DNA from: Candidatus Marinacidobacterium sp.
Lineage (GTDB): Bacteria; Acidobacteriota; Vicinamibacteria; Marinacidobacterales; Marinacidobacteraceae
Direction: 5' to 3'
NCBI GenBank assembly: GCA_965220965.1
Contig: OZ244852.1
Span: forward strand, 1,856,001-1,920,000
DNA length: 64,000 bases
The position numbers and the translations under genes were made by a program. Each line of letters starts with the position of its first letter. Position 1 is the first letter of the stretch. The notes beneath the pieces are model-generated. The model saw only the letters and a program-made list of their open reading frames with translations, searched no databases and was not told the DNA's origin. Shown here one piece after another: positions 37,262 to 48,144 of this stretch.

Positions 37262-38779
37262 ATGTTCCGCCGGGTCCTGATCGCGAACCGCGGCGAGATC
37301 GCCGTCCGGATCATCCGGGCCTGCCGGGACCTCGGGATTTCCCCGGTCACCGTGCATTCGGAGGCCGACCGCGACGCCCTCCACGTGCGGATGAGCGACG
37401 AATCGGTCTGTGTCGGCGCCGCCGCCTCCCGGCATAGCTATCTGGCGGCGGACCGCGTCCTCGACGCCGCCGAAACGCTGGAGGCCCAGGCGGTGCATCC
37501 CGGTTACGGCTTTCTCGCGGAACGCGCCGACTTCGCCGAACAGTGCCTCGCTCGCGGGCTGGCGTTCGTCGGTCCGTCTCCCGAGGCGATGCGGCGCATG
37601 GGCGACAAGGCGGCGGCGCGGGCGGCGGCGATCGCCGCGGGCGTGCCGGTGGCGAGCGGCTCGCCGATCTGCGAAGACCTGAACCAGGCGCGGGCGGCGG
37701 CGGCGAACGTGGGCTTTCCGCTGCTCATCAAGGCGGCGGCGGGCGGCGGCGGCATGGGCATGCGACCGGTGGAGTCGCCGGAGTCGCTCGCCGATGCGTT
37801 CGCCGAAGCCCGGTCCGAGGCGGAAGCGGCCTTCGGAGACCCGCGGGTGTTCCTCGAGCAGCGCATCGTCGAACCCCGGCACGTGGAGATCCAGGTGTTC
37901 GGTGACGCCGCCGGCTCGGTGATCCACCTCGGCGAACGGGATTGCTCCATCCAGCGGCGGAACCAGAAACTGGTGGAGGAGAGTCCCTCCCCGGCGCTCG
38001 CGCCCGAGTTGCGGGAGGCGATGGGCGCCGCCGCGGTGCGCCTCGCGAGCGCAGCCGGCTACCACAACGCCGGGACCGTGGAGTTCCTGCTGGATGGCGA
38101 CGGGAACTACGCCTTCCTCGAGATGAACACCCGGCTTCAGGTGGAGCACCCGGTCACCGAACTCGTCTCCGGGCTCGACCTCGTCGCGCTGCAGCTCCGG
38201 GTCGCCGCGGGGGCGCCGCTCGGCGTCACCCAGCAGGACGTGAGCCTTTCCGGGTCGGCGATCGAGCTGCGCATCACCGCCGAGGATCCCTTCGCCGGCT
38301 TCCGCCCCGGGACCGGCAGAATCCGCGAGTTCCGTCCCGCCGACGGACCGGGGATCCGCTGCGATGCGGGGGTGACTTCCGGGAGCGAGGTCTCCCCGCA
38401 CTACGACCCGCTGCTCGCCAAGCTGATCGCCTGGGGGCCGGACCGCGACACCGCGCGCCGCCGGGCGCGCCGGGCGGTGCGCGAGACGCGGCTCGTGGGC
38501 GTGACAAACACCCTGCCCTTCTTCGAACGCGTCCTCGGGAGCGCGCCCTTCCGGAGCGGCCGCTACCACACCGGGTTCGTGGCCGACCACTGGCCCGGCC
38601 TGGCGGCCGAGACCCCGGAGGCCAGCGACCCGGCGACCGGGGCGGCGGCGGATGACCTCCTCGCCTTCGCCGCCGCCGCCGCCGGGGCGGAGCTCTATGC
38701 GGCCGGCGCGCGGCGCGCTCCGGGGGCGGGCGCGGGTTCCCGCTGGAGCCGCGCCGCCCGATCCACGGGGGACCGATGA
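37262..38779 (+). CDS. accC: Biotin carboxylase subunit
   Basis: VLIANRGEIAVR, HPGYGFLAE, GGGGMGMR, ERDCSIQRRNQK, EMNTRLQVEHPVTE, YDPLLAK. Confidence 0.92.
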   Translation: MFRRVLIANRGEIAVRIIRACRDLGISPVTVHSEADRDALHVRMSDESVCVGAAASRHSYLAADRVLDAAETLEAQAVHPGYGFLAERADFAEQCLARGLAFVGPSPEAMRRMGDKAAARAAAIAAGVPVASGSPICEDLNQARAAAANVGFPLLIKAAAGGGGMGMRPVESPESLADAFAEARSEAEAAFGDPRVFLEQRIVEPRHVEIQVFGDAAGSVIHLGERDCSIQRRNQKLVEESPSPALAPELREAMGAAAVRLASAAGYHNAGTVEFLLDGDGNYAFLEMNTRLQVEHPVTELVSGLDLVALQLRVAAGAPLGVTQQDVSLSGSAIELRITAEDPFAGFRPGTGRIREFRPADGPGIRCDAGVTSGSEVSPHYDPLLAKLIAWGPDRDTARRRARRAVRETRLVGVTNTLPFFERVLGSAPFRSGRYHTGFVADHWPGLAAETPEASDPATGAAADDLLAFAAAAAGAELYAAGARRAPGAGAGSRWSRAARSTGDR

Positions 38780-39312
38780 TGCGGCGCATCCTCCGGCCCG
38801 AGGTCTCCGCAGGCGCGGATTCCGACGAGGTCCGGCTCGAGGTCGCGCCGTCCGGCGACGGCGCGCTGCGGGTGCGCATCGCCGGAGCCGCCGGAGACGC
38901 GGCGGCCGGGGCGCCCTTCGAGGCGCGGCCGGGGCCGGGAGGCTGGACGATCTCCCGCGGGCGGCGGACGCTCGAGGCCGGAGTCACCCGGGATCCGGAC
39001 GGCGCGCTGCTGGTCGACATCGGGGGCCGCGCGTTCCGGTTCCCCGAGGGCCGTCGGCCGGCGGAGCGGGCCGGGTCCGGGGTGGGCGGCGGATCGGGCG
39101 AGGTGCGGACTTCCATGCCCGGCAAGGTGGTCCGGATCCTGCGAGCCGAGGGGGAACGGGTCGAGGCCGGCGAGCCGGTCCTCGTCTTCGAAGCCATGAA
39201 GATGCAGAACGGGATCGCGGCGCCGGAAGCCGGAGTGATCGCTAACATGAAGGTCTCCGAGGGGAAACTGGTCGAGGCGGGGGATGTCCTGTTTCGCCTC
39301 GATCCCGTCTGA
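38776..39312 (+). CDS. Biotin carboxyl carrier domain protein
   Basis: SMPGKVV, EAMKMQN biotinylation motif. Confidence 0.88.
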   Translation: MMRRILRPEVSAGADSDEVRLEVAPSGDGALRVRIAGAAGDAAAGAPFEARPGPGGWTISRGRRTLEAGVTRDPDGALLVDIGGRAFRFPEGRRPAERAGSGVGGGSGEVRTSMPGKVVRILRAEGERVEAGEPVLVFEAMKMQNGIAAPEAGVIANMKVSEGKLVEAGDVLFRLDPV

Positions 39313-39318
39313 GATCCG

Positions 39319-42300
39319 ATGACCGACCGAGAGGCGGCCGCCGCGTCGCCGCCGAAGAACCGCCCGCGCCGCCCTGCGGCTCAGCCGCGGCCGCACCGTC
39401 GGCTCCGGTGGGCGGCGATCCTGGTCGGCTTCGCCGCCGCCGCGGTGCTCACGCTGGTGGTCACCCTCTCCCTGCTCCAGGACCGGCTGGACCGGGGAAT
39501 GCTGTTGCGCATCGCGACCGCCCGGCTGGAGGCCCTTCTGGAGCGGCCGGTTGCCGCCTCGGGGCTCGACTTCTCGCTCCTCGAGGGAAGGTTCGATCTC
39601 CACGATCTCCAGATCGGACAGGCTCGCGTCGATCTCGAGCTGACGGGCCCCGCTCCCCCCATCATGTCCCTGGATCGCCTCCAGGGCCGGCTTGGCTGGC
39701 GCTCCCTCATTCCGACCGGCCTCCACCTCGAAGACCTGGCGATCTCCGGGGTGCGCGTCTGGGGGATGGATGACGGCGGGTCGCCCGCCCCCGCAACGTC
39801 CCCGTCGGCGGGCTGGCTGACGGAAACGCTGCTGGCGCGGATCACGCTGTCCTCGGAGCGCATGTCGTTCTCCGGGACCACCGTCGGCTACCGGAACCGC
39901 CCGACTCCCTGGGAGGTCCGCCTCGACGATCTGGAACTGGATTTCCGGGCCGGGGACGAAGGCGGCGTGGACGGGACGCTCCGGTCCCGGGTCGCCGCGA
40001 TCCGGATGTGGGACCGCCCCGACCTCGTCATGGCGGTCGAGGCCGACCTTCGGCTGCGCGGCGCGCTGCTTCACCTGGACGAGGTGACGTTCACCGGCGA
40101 TCTGCTGTGGATGGAGGGTTCGGGAACGCTCGACCTGGCGAACGACCTCGCCGGCCCGCTGACGCTGACCGGCGGAGGGCGCGGCGGAGGGGTCTCGCGG
40201 CTGATGTTCGACTTTCACGGCCTCGACACGACCGGAGATCCCCCGTTCTCGTTCGCGGGGGGCGCCGAGTTCATCGAGGACGGCCTGGCGATTTCCGGAG
40301 ACCTGTCCGTGCCCGCCGGGCGCTTCTACGGGATCCCGATCGAGACCTGGGACGGCTTCCTCTACATCGGTCCGGACCGGGTCGAGATTTCCTCGGCGAA
40401 GGGCGTCGCTTCGGGAGGCGAAGCGACGCTGCTGCTCCTTCAGCCTCAGCCCCGCGAAGAGCACCGCGCGCAGATCGTGGTCACGGCCGCCGGAGCCTCG
40501 CTCGGCGCCGCCGCCAGCGGCCTGTTCGGCGTCCCCACGACGCTGGAGTCGGAATTCGACCTCGAGGCGGACCTGGAGATGGTCCTGGGGGACCCGGAGG
40601 GCATGACCGGAACGATCCGGGCCACCGGCCGCGTTCCCGGGATCACTCCGCTGGACGCTCGCCGTTTCGGCTTCGTCGCCGATCTGGAAATGGACGACGC
40701 CCAGACGACGGTTCGCGAGCTGGTGGTCGAAGGAGAGGCCTTCCGGGCCACCGCCGAGGGTCGCTTTCCCCGTGGCGGGACGGCCGATCTGGAGGTCTCG
40801 GCGCTCGCCGGCGAGAGTGCGGAGGGCGACGCTCTCCAGCAGGAGATACGCCGGGTGCTGTTCGGCGAGGATCCGGCCGAGATCGCGTGGGACGTCGCCG
40901 GCGCCGCGGGCTTCGAAGGGACAGTGGGAGGACGGTGGCCCGACCGGCTGGTGCTGGAGGGCGAGGTCGAGGGACGCTCGCTGTCCATCGGCCCCATCCG
41001 CACCGACACCCTGATCGCGATCGGGGGGGTGGGACCGGAGGACATGTGGCTGGACTCCTTCAACGCGCGGCGGGGGGAGTCCACCCTGCAGGCCTCGGGA
41101 GTGATGGACCACGGCGACGAGGAATACCCCGACATGGACTTCGACGTCTCCTGGGAGCGCTGGGACGCGCGGGAGCTGATCGATTATCTGGAGTGGGATC
41201 TGGAGGCTGACGGGATCGTCAGCGGCCACGCCGAAACGGTCCGCGAGGACGAGTGGTACGCCGGCGGCGGCGAAGTCGTGGGCTGGGACGGGCATGTGCT
41301 GGAGCAGCCCTTCGACGAGGCGCGCGCCGCGTGGAGCCTGCTGGGAGACCGCGCCCGCCTGGCGCCGATCGAAGGCTCGTTCGGCGGTGGAACCGCCGGC
41401 GGCGCGCTCGACGTGGGCCTGATCGAGTGGGAGCTGGAGGGCCGGATCACCGGCGCCGACTTCCCGCTGACGCCCGGTCTCGCTCCCGAGTGGATCACGC
41501 TTCGATCCGACTTCGCGCTCGAGATCGGCGGCGACATCGAGATCCCGGAGCTCGCCCTGGAGGCGCGCGTCCCGAACGCGGCGGTGCTCGGGCTCGAGCT
41601 GGGGCCGGGCGCCATCTCCGCCTCGGTCCTCGGCGAGGACTTCGTGGGCCAGGGAGCGCTCGACTCGGGGAGAGCGTCGTTCGACATGACGGGCAAGGTC
41701 CCGCTCGGGATCGAGGGCGAGGGCTCGCTGCGGATCGGGGGAATCGACATTGCGCCGCTCGCGTTCGAAGACGCCGGGGAGCGCGGGATCCGGATGGTGG
41801 CGTCAGGGACCGGGGACTTTTTCATCGCCGACCCGTTAGACGAGTGGATGGAAGGCGGGGGCGACCTGACCAGCCTGGACATCGAGGCGCCGATGCTGGT
41901 CTCGCCGGTCCGCCTGACCGGGCCGGCCAGCATCCTGGTCGAGGACGCCCGGGTCCACGTGGGCGGGATCGAGTTGACCGACGGCGCCAACCGGCTCCGG
42001 GCGGCGGGTTCGGTGGGGCTGGACGACCTCCTGCTCGACCTGAGGGTGGACGGCGCGGCCTCGCTCGAGGCGGCCGCGTCGCTGGTGTCCGGACTCCGCG
42101 CCGAGGGAACCGTGGAACTGGATACCGAGGTCGTGGGCTCCGCCCTCTCACCCGAGGTTCTGGGCCGGGGAACGCTGCGGGACGCTTCGTTCCGGGTGGA
42201 CGGCTTCCCCCACGAACTTACCGGGGTGAACGGCATCGTCAACTTCGACCGGAGAACGCTTCGGATTTCGGAAGTGATCGGGACGATGGCGGGCGGCGAG

Positions 42301-43311
42301 GCGCTCGTATCCGGGGCGGTGTCGTTCGAGGAGGCCGACTTCGCCGGGGTGGATCTCCGCCTCGGGCTTGCCGATGTGCGGTTGCGCTACCCCCGGGATC
42401 TGACCGCCACGATCGGCGCCGACCTCCAGTTGGTGGGAGACCGCAGCGGCCGACTCCTCTCCGGGGAAGTGCGGCTGGACGAGGCGGTCTGGAGCCGCGA
42501 GTACGAGCTGTTCTCCAGCATCCTCTCCGACCTCGACGTCGTCTCGACGCCCGCCGACGAAGAGGCCGAGGGATTCCTCGGCAACCTGATGATGGACGTG
42601 CGCGTGCTGACCGACGCCCCGTTCGCGGTGCGGAACTCCATCTTCCAGCTCGACGCGGCGGCGGACTTCGGCCTTCGCGGTTCGGCGGCGGCGCCGGCGC
42701 TGCTGGGCCGGGCCGATCTGGTGGGCGGCGAGGTCTACTTCGGCGCCCACCGGTTCCAGGTGGTGGAGGGGCGCGCCGACTTCATCGATCCGGAGGGGAT
42801 CGAACCGGTCTTCGAGATCGAGGCGGAGACCAACGTTCGCAGCTACCGCGTCCGCCTGCAGGCCTCGGGAACCATGGACCGGATCGAGGCGAATCTGACC
42901 TCGGAGCCGCCGCTCAGGGAAGCCGACGTGTATCGCCTGCTCCTGGGCGCTCCCGAGGAGGACCTTCTGACCCGGGCGCAGGACGACGATGTCGCCGCCG
43001 CCTCGGCGGCCAGCCTGCTGAGCCAGCAACTGTCGAACATGATCGGAAGGCGCGCGGGACGGGTTTTCGGGATCGACCGGCTCACCATCGATCCCTTCAT
43101 GATCGGGAGGTTCAGCAACCCGACGGCGCGGGTCACGCTGGCGAAGCAGCTCTCGCGGGATCTGAACGTGCGGTACTCGTCGAGCGTGACGGCGGCCGAG
43201 GAGTCCATCATCGTTGTGGAGTACACACCGCGCGGTCCGGTCTCGTGGATCTTCTCGCGGGACCAGGACGGCTCCCTGGGCGTGGATGTCCGCTTTCACC
43301 GCAGTTTCTGA
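39319..43311 (+). CDS. tamB: Translocation/assembly module TamB (AsmA-like) protein
   Basis: N-terminal TM anchor, long beta-rich body, C-terminal LTSEPPL and RVTLAKQLSRDLNVRYS; upstream of an Omp85 gene. Confidence 0.82.
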   Translation: MTDREAAAASPPKNRPRRPAAQPRPHRRLRWAAILVGFAAAAVLTLVVTLSLLQDRLDRGMLLRIATARLEALLERPVAASGLDFSLLEGRFDLHDLQIGQARVDLELTGPAPPIMSLDRLQGRLGWRSLIPTGLHLEDLAISGVRVWGMDDGGSPAPATSPSAGWLTETLLARITLSSERMSFSGTTVGYRNRPTPWEVRLDDLELDFRAGDEGGVDGTLRSRVAAIRMWDRPDLVMAVEADLRLRGALLHLDEVTFTGDLLWMEGSGTLDLANDLAGPLTLTGGGRGGGVSRLMFDFHGLDTTGDPPFSFAGGAEFIEDGLAISGDLSVPAGRFYGIPIETWDGFLYIGPDRVEISSAKGVASGGEATLLLLQPQPREEHRAQIVVTAAGASLGAAASGLFGVPTTLESEFDLEADLEMVLGDPEGMTGTIRATGRVPGITPLDARRFGFVADLEMDDAQTTVRELVVEGEAFRATAEGRFPRGGTADLEVSALAGESAEGDALQQEIRRVLFGEDPAEIAWDVAGAAGFEGTVGGRWPDRLVLEGEVEGRSLSIGPIRTDTLIAIGGVGPEDMWLDSFNARRGESTLQASGVMDHGDEEYPDMDFDVSWERWDARELIDYLEWDLEADGIVSGHAETVREDEWYAGGGEVVGWDGHVLEQPFDEARAAWSLLGDRARLAPIEGSFGGGTAGGALDVGLIEWELEGRITGADFPLTPGLAPEWITLRSDFALEIGGDIEIPELALEARVPNAAVLGLELGPGAISASVLGEDFVGQGALDSGRASFDMTGKVPLGIEGEGSLRIGGIDIAPLAFEDAGERGIRMVASGTGDFFIADPLDEWMEGGGDLTSLDIEAPMLVSPVRLTGPASILVEDARVHVGGIELTDGANRLRAAGSVGLDDLLLDLRVDGAASLEAAASLVSGLRAEGTVELDTEVVGSALSPEVLGRGTLRDASFRVDGFPHELTGVNGIVNFDRRTLRISEVIGTMAGGEALVSGAVSFEEADFAGVDLRLGLADVRLRYPRDLTATIGADLQLVGDRSGRLLSGEVRLDEAVWSREYELFSSILSDLDVVSTPADEEAEGFLGNLMMDVRVLTDAPFAVRNSIFQLDAAADFGLRGSAAAPALLGRADLVGGEVYFGAHRFQVVEGRADFIDPEGIEPVFEIEAETNVRSYRVRLQASGTMDRIEANLTSEPPLREADVYRLLLGAPEEDLLTRAQDDDVAAASAASLLSQQLSNMIGRRAGRVFGIDRLTIDPFMIGRFSNPTARVTLAKQLSRDLNVRYSSSVTAAEESIIVVEYTPRGPVSWIFSRDQDGSLGVDVRFHRSF

Positions 43312-46102
43312 TCGGGCCCGCCCGGTCGGGACTCTGGCGGCGAGCCGGCGGCCCCGGGGTCCGGGAAACCGCCCTTCGCATCGCCTTCGGGCCCTGACGC
43401 TCGTCGCGGCGCTGGGCCTCGCCGCCGCCGCCCGGGGGCAGGTCGCCGACCCCGCGACCCCGGTCGAATCGGTCCACGCGGTGTGGGCCGACGGCGGCGA
43501 CGAGCCGGTCTCCGACGATGTCCTGCGGCTCATCTCGGTGCGGCCCGGCGACCCCTACCGGCCGCTGGCGGTCCGCCAGTCGGTGAAGCAGATCTTCGCG
43601 CTGGGACGATTCCGCGATGTGCGGGTGCGGTCGGCGCCGGGCGAGGAGGGCGGCGTCCGGCTGTGGTTCGTGCTCGAGCCGCTTCCCCGCGTGGTCGCGG
43701 TGGACTTCGAAGGGGCGCCGCGCGCCCAGCGGGCGGGCCTCGGGAACATCGTGGCGCTCGAGCTGGCCTCCGAGGCGCCCGACCTGACCCTCATGCGGGA
43801 GCAGGCCGAAGAATGGCTCGGGGACCAGGGGTTCCTCCAGGCGGAAGTGACGGTGCGGTCCCTCCCCGAAGGCCGTGACCTGCGGCTCGTGCTGGAGGTG
43901 TCCCCCGGACCCCTGTCCCGCATCGTGTCGTTCGTTTCCGAGGGGGCGCCCCCCGGGCTGGAGGGCGAGTTGCGCGATGCGCTTCGCGCCGAGGCCGGAC
44001 GGGTCTGGAGCCGCGCGACGTTCGATGCCCGGCTGCCCGAGGTCGAAGCGCGCCTCCGCGAGCGCGGCTTCCTGCGCGCCACCGCCGCGCTCGACTTCGC
44101 GCCGGTCGAGCCGGACGGCGTCCACGTCATCCTGCGCGTCGCGCCCGGGCCGACGATCACGCTCGACGCCGAAGCGACGGGGCTCTCCGAGCGGGTGATC
44201 CGGAACCTGCTGGACCGGATCCGGGCGGGCGGGGCCACCCCCGACGCCATCGAGTCGGCGCGGGCCGACATGCTCGCGCGACTCGTCGCGGAGGGCCATC
44301 ATGACGCCCAGGTGCTGGTCCACGAGGTCGAGGACCCGGGAGCGCGGGACGTCGCGGTCCGGTTCCGGGCGGATCCCGGGCCGCGTTACGTCGTCGGCGA
44401 CGTCATCGTGGACGGGGCCCCGGACGCCTTCGGGGAGCAGATCGAGGAGGCGACCGACCCGTTTGGCGCGGGAACGCCGTTCCGGGAGGCGGAGTGGACG
44501 GCGGCGGCGACGCGGTTCCGCCAGGCGCTGCTCCGCGCCGGCCACCCGTGGGCCGAGGTGAACGCCGACTGGGAGGCTGGCGTCGCGACCGCCGAGGACG
44601 AGGCCATCCCGATGCGGCTGCGATGGGCGGTCGCCCCCGGTCCGGCCGTCCGGATCCGCTCCATCAGCTTTGGCGGAGACGCTCCCTTCTCCGAAGGCGA
44701 GTTTCTCGCCGCGGTCGACATCGGAGCGGGGGACCCCTACTCGGTGGAGGCGGTGGTGGCCGCCCGGGAGAGTCTCGAGTCCTTCCTGGCCAACCGCGGC
44801 TTTCTCGAGGCGACGGTGACGGTGGACGCTCCCCTGAGTCCGGAGGAGGGGCAGACGGCGGTTTCGTTCCGGATCACCGGCGGCGACTACCACACGGTCG
44901 GCGAGATCATCGTGGCCGGACTCGAGGTCACCCGCGAATCGATCATCCGGGACCGCCTTCCGTTCCGGTCGGGAGACCCGCTCGGCCAGGACGATCTGCT
45001 GGAGATCCGCCGACGGCTGGCGGCGATGGGAACGTTCTCGGAGGTCGCCGTCGACCTCCTCGAACCCGAGGAGGCCGTCACCGACCGCAACCTGCTGATC
45101 CGCGTCGCGGAGGGACCCCGGACAAGCCTCGGGTACGGCGCCGGGTACGGTGAACGGGAGCAGGTCCGCGGTGAAATGGAGTGGGGCCGCAGCAACCTGT
45201 TCGGCCGGAACCACTCGGCCAGCCTGTTCGCCCGCGTGTCGCTCAAGGGAAACCGGGTGGTGGCGACCTATCGGGGCGCCGGCGGCCCGGACGGAGGCGG
45301 CCCCATCTTCGTGACCGCTTTCCGGGAGGCCCAGGACCGCGAGAGCCTCGACTTCATCCGGAGCGGCGTCGCGCTGCAGGTCACCCGCCGGCTCTTCGGC
45401 CGGGAGGTGTTCCTGCGCTACGACTTCACGACGAGCGAACTGTTCGATGTGAGGATCGCCCCGAACCAGATCGACCGGAACTACGCGGACAACCTGTGGC
45501 TGTCCACCATCTCGGCCTCCATCGTGACGGACACCCGCAACGACCCGGTGGATCCGCGCAGCGGCCGGTTCGGGATCGTCGACGCCGAGTGGTCGGCGTC
45601 GGTCCTGGGGTCGAGGGCCCCCTACATCAAGGGCCTGGCCCAGCAATACGTCTACTTCCCCATCGCCGGCGAGGTCGTGCTGGCGGCGGCGCTGCGGGCG
45701 GGAGGGGCCGTCACGATCGGCGCCGACGAGCCGGCGCTCCTTCCGATCACGACGCGGTTCTTCGCCGGGGGCGCGACGACGCACCGGGGTTTCCGTCTCG
45801 ACCAGGCCGGCCCCGTCGACTCCGGCGGCTTCCCGCTGGGAGGCAACCTGCTCCTCCTCGGCAACCTGGAGGTCCGCTTCCCGCTGTTCCGCGACCTGCG
45901 GGCCGCGGTCTTCTCCGATCACGGCGGCGTCTACAGCGAGGTGGGCTCCTTCCGGCTTCCCGATCTGAACCACGCCGTCGGAGTCGGGCTGCGCTATCAG
46001 ACCCCGCTGGGACCGATCCGTTTCGACTACGGAGTCCGATTGGGGGGCATCGGAGACGGCCGGCGCGGCCAGTGGCACTTTACGATCGGGCATGCGTTCT
46101 GA
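43286..46102 (+). CDS. Omp85 (BamA/TamA-like) outer membrane protein with multiple POTRA domains
   Basis: POTRA-like repeats, NLFGR, DTRNDPVDP, FFAGGATTHRGF, GVGLRYQTPLGPIRFDYG, C-terminal Phe (FTIGHAF); start uncertain. Confidence 0.88.
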   Translation: MSAFTAVSDRARPVGTLAASRRPRGPGNRPSHRLRALTLVAALGLAAAARGQVADPATPVESVHAVWADGGDEPVSDDVLRLISVRPGDPYRPLAVRQSVKQIFALGRFRDVRVRSAPGEEGGVRLWFVLEPLPRVVAVDFEGAPRAQRAGLGNIVALELASEAPDLTLMREQAEEWLGDQGFLQAEVTVRSLPEGRDLRLVLEVSPGPLSRIVSFVSEGAPPGLEGELRDALRAEAGRVWSRATFDARLPEVEARLRERGFLRATAALDFAPVEPDGVHVILRVAPGPTITLDAEATGLSERVIRNLLDRIRAGGATPDAIESARADMLARLVAEGHHDAQVLVHEVEDPGARDVAVRFRADPGPRYVVGDVIVDGAPDAFGEQIEEATDPFGAGTPFREAEWTAAATRFRQALLRAGHPWAEVNADWEAGVATAEDEAIPMRLRWAVAPGPAVRIRSISFGGDAPFSEGEFLAAVDIGAGDPYSVEAVVAARESLESFLANRGFLEATVTVDAPLSPEEGQTAVSFRITGGDYHTVGEIIVAGLEVTRESIIRDRLPFRSGDPLGQDDLLEIRRRLAAMGTFSEVAVDLLEPEEAVTDRNLLIRVAEGPRTSLGYGAGYGEREQVRGEMEWGRSNLFGRNHSASLFARVSLKGNRVVATYRGAGGPDGGGPIFVTAFREAQDRESLDFIRSGVALQVTRRLFGREVFLRYDFTTSELFDVRIAPNQIDRNYADNLWLSTISASIVTDTRNDPVDPRSGRFGIVDAEWSASVLGSRAPYIKGLAQQYVYFPIAGEVVLAAALRAGGAVTIGADEPALLPITTRFFAGGATTHRGFRLDQAGPVDSGGFPLGGNLLLLGNLEVRFPLFRDLRAAVFSDHGGVYSEVGSFRLPDLNHAVGVGLRYQTPLGPIRFDYGVRLGGIGDGRRGQWHFTIGHAF

Positions 46103-46817
46103 ACCCGGGGGCGCGTCCGCGGGCTCGCCCGAACGGGCCGCCGCCCGGTTCCCCGGGTTCCGGGCTACGGCGCTCGCGCTGCTCCTGACCTCGGGGGCGA
46201 CCTGGCTGGCGCCCGGGGAAGGCGGCGCGCAGGAGACGCCCGAAACGCTGGACCGGGTCGTCGCGGTGGTGGACGGCCAGCCGATCACGCTCTCGGAAAT
46301 CACCGAGTTCATCGCACTGAACCCCGGCCGGAATCCACCGCCGACGCCCGCCGAAGCGCTCGAGATCCTGATCGAGGCCCGCCTCATCGAGCGCGAGGCC
46401 CGGCGCTATCCGCTCCAGCCGCCCTCGCCGGAGGAGCTGGACGAGGCGCTCCGCCAGTTGCGCGACAGCTTCCCGAGCGCGGAGTCCTATGGCGAGACGC
46501 TGGTGCGGCTCGGCATCCGGGAGGACTACCTCAGGAAGAACCTGCGCCGGGCCCTGATCGTGGACAGCTATCTCGACCGCCGCTTCCGGCCGCTGGTCCA
46601 GGTCTCCGAGCGCGAGGTGGAGGACTACTACGAGACGGTCCTGCTCCCCGACCTCGACTCCGCCGCCGCGAGCCGGCTGGAAGAGGTGGAGGCGCTGATC
46701 CGTGATATTCTCGAACAGCGAGATCTGAATCGGCGAATCGACGCGTGGGTGGACGAACTGAAGTCCGTCGCGCGGATTGAGCGTCTTCCTCCCACCGGGC
46801 CCTTCCCAGCGGACTGA
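46092..46817 (+). CDS. SurA N-terminal domain-like periplasmic chaperone
   Basis: Signal-like segment; [39 protein letters not shown]. Confidence 0.75.
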   Translation: MRSEPGGASAGSPERAAARFPGFRATALALLLTSGATWLAPGEGGAQETPETLDRVVAVVDGQPITLSEITEFIALNPGRNPPPTPAEALEILIEARLIEREARRYPLQPPSPEELDEALRQLRDSFPSAESYGETLVRLGIREDYLRKNLRRALIVDSYLDRRFRPLVQVSEREVEDYYETVLLPDLDSAAASRLEEVEALIRDILEQRDLNRRIDAWVDELKSVARIERLPPTGPFPAD

Positions 46818-46901
46818 GCGTCCGACGCCGCGGTGGGGGCGTGGCGCGGCTGGACCCGTTCTTGCATGAGGTTCGCTCCGTACGGCATGGACGGCGGTCA
46901 G

Positions 46902-46927
46902 GGAACCTTCTGACGCCGTTCGTCGTT
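46902..46927 (+). promoter_or_regulatory. ECF-sigma-type promoter motif
   Basis: GGAAC (46902-46906)-N17-CGTT (46924-46927), about 175 nt before the sigma gene. Confidence 0.5.
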
Positions 46928-47101
46928 CCAATTTCGTCCAGCGCCGATTCCGGACAGAGCGTCCGGGAGCAGGACAAGACGGGGGATGGGGACCCCGGCC
47001 TGACCGAAGCGTCAGGCCCGCAGCGAGGACGCCTCCGCGCCGACACTTCCACACTTTCCAAGAGAACCCCAAGAAAGACGACAGTCCTGGAGGACGACAC
47101 C

Positions 47102-48136
47102 ATGGACGCCAACAACACCGAGTTCGAGACGATCGAGTTCGTGGACGAGGCCTACGAGGTCGAGGAAGAGGAGGAGGACACCTCCGAAGAGGACGCGATT
47201 TCGCAGGCCGCCGAGCTGGGCCTCGCCCCGGATACGCACCAGACGGGAGACCTCGACTCGATGGGTCTCTACCTCCGCGACACCCACCGGCACCGGCTGC
47301 TCACCAAGGACGATGAGCAGCGCTACAGCCGGGCCATGCGCAAGGCGATGGAGGAGATGGAGGACACCGACCAGATCCCCGACGCCGTGCTGCGGCAGTT
47401 CCACCGGAACCGGCAGAAGATGATCGAGGGCAACCTCCGTCTGGTCATCTCGATCGCCAAGCAGTCCCGGGGCAAGGGGCTTCCGCTCGGCGACCTGATC
47501 CAGGAGGGGAACATCGGCCTCATGCAGGCGGTCCGGAAGTTCGAGCCGGAGCGGAACCTGAAGTTCTCCACCTACGCCACCTGGTGGATCCGGCAGGCCA
47601 TCTGGCGAGCTCTCTCGCAGAAGTCCCGCACGATCAAGGTGCCGATCAACAAGCTGGATCTCCACCGCAAGGCGGCCAAGGTGCGCGCCGAGCTCGACCA
47701 GCGCTACCGGAACGACCCGACCCGGACCGGCAAGGCGCAGAACCCCACCGTCGAGGACGTCGCGCGCGAGATCGGAGTGCCCACCGAGAAGCTCCGGGAT
47801 GCGCTGCGCTCCGTGCCCCAGGTGGAATCGCTCGACGCCCCGCTCGTCCCCGAGGGAACCCCGCGCGTCGCGCTGACTCCGGATCCGCGGCAGTTGAACC
47901 CCATCGAGGGGGTCGCCGACGCCGAGCAGCGCCGCCACGTGCGCGATGCGATCTCGGATCTGCCCGACCGTCTGCAGCACGTGCTGCGCCGCCGGTTCGG
48001 CATCGACGGGGGCGGCGAGGCCAACCTGGAGGAGATCGGGCGCGAGCTGAGCCTCACCCGCGAGCGGGTGCGCCAGCTCGAGACCGAGGCGCTCTGCCGG
48101 CTCCGCCAGGACCCACGCCTCCACTCGTCCGCCTGA
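47102..48136 (+). CDS. Sigma-70 factor, RpoD/RpoS family, lacking canonical region 1.1 (group 2-like)
   Basis: GGAGGA SD; [62 protein letters not shown]. Confidence 0.9.
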   Translation: MDANNTEFETIEFVDEAYEVEEEEEDTSEEDAISQAAELGLAPDTHQTGDLDSMGLYLRDTHRHRLLTKDDEQRYSRAMRKAMEEMEDTDQIPDAVLRQFHRNRQKMIEGNLRLVISIAKQSRGKGLPLGDLIQEGNIGLMQAVRKFEPERNLKFSTYATWWIRQAIWRALSQKSRTIKVPINKLDLHRKAAKVRAELDQRYRNDPTRTGKAQNPTVEDVAREIGVPTEKLRDALRSVPQVESLDAPLVPEGTPRVALTPDPRQLNPIEGVADAEQRRHVRDAISDLPDRLQHVLRRRFGIDGGGEANLEEIGRELSLTRERVRQLETEALCRLRQDPRLHSSA

Positions 48137-48144
48137 GAACCACC

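Noticed and set aside
47102-48136. Calling this sigma factor rpoD
   Set aside because: It lacks region 1.1, regions 2.4-3 diverge ([15 protein letters not shown]), and there is no dnaG context
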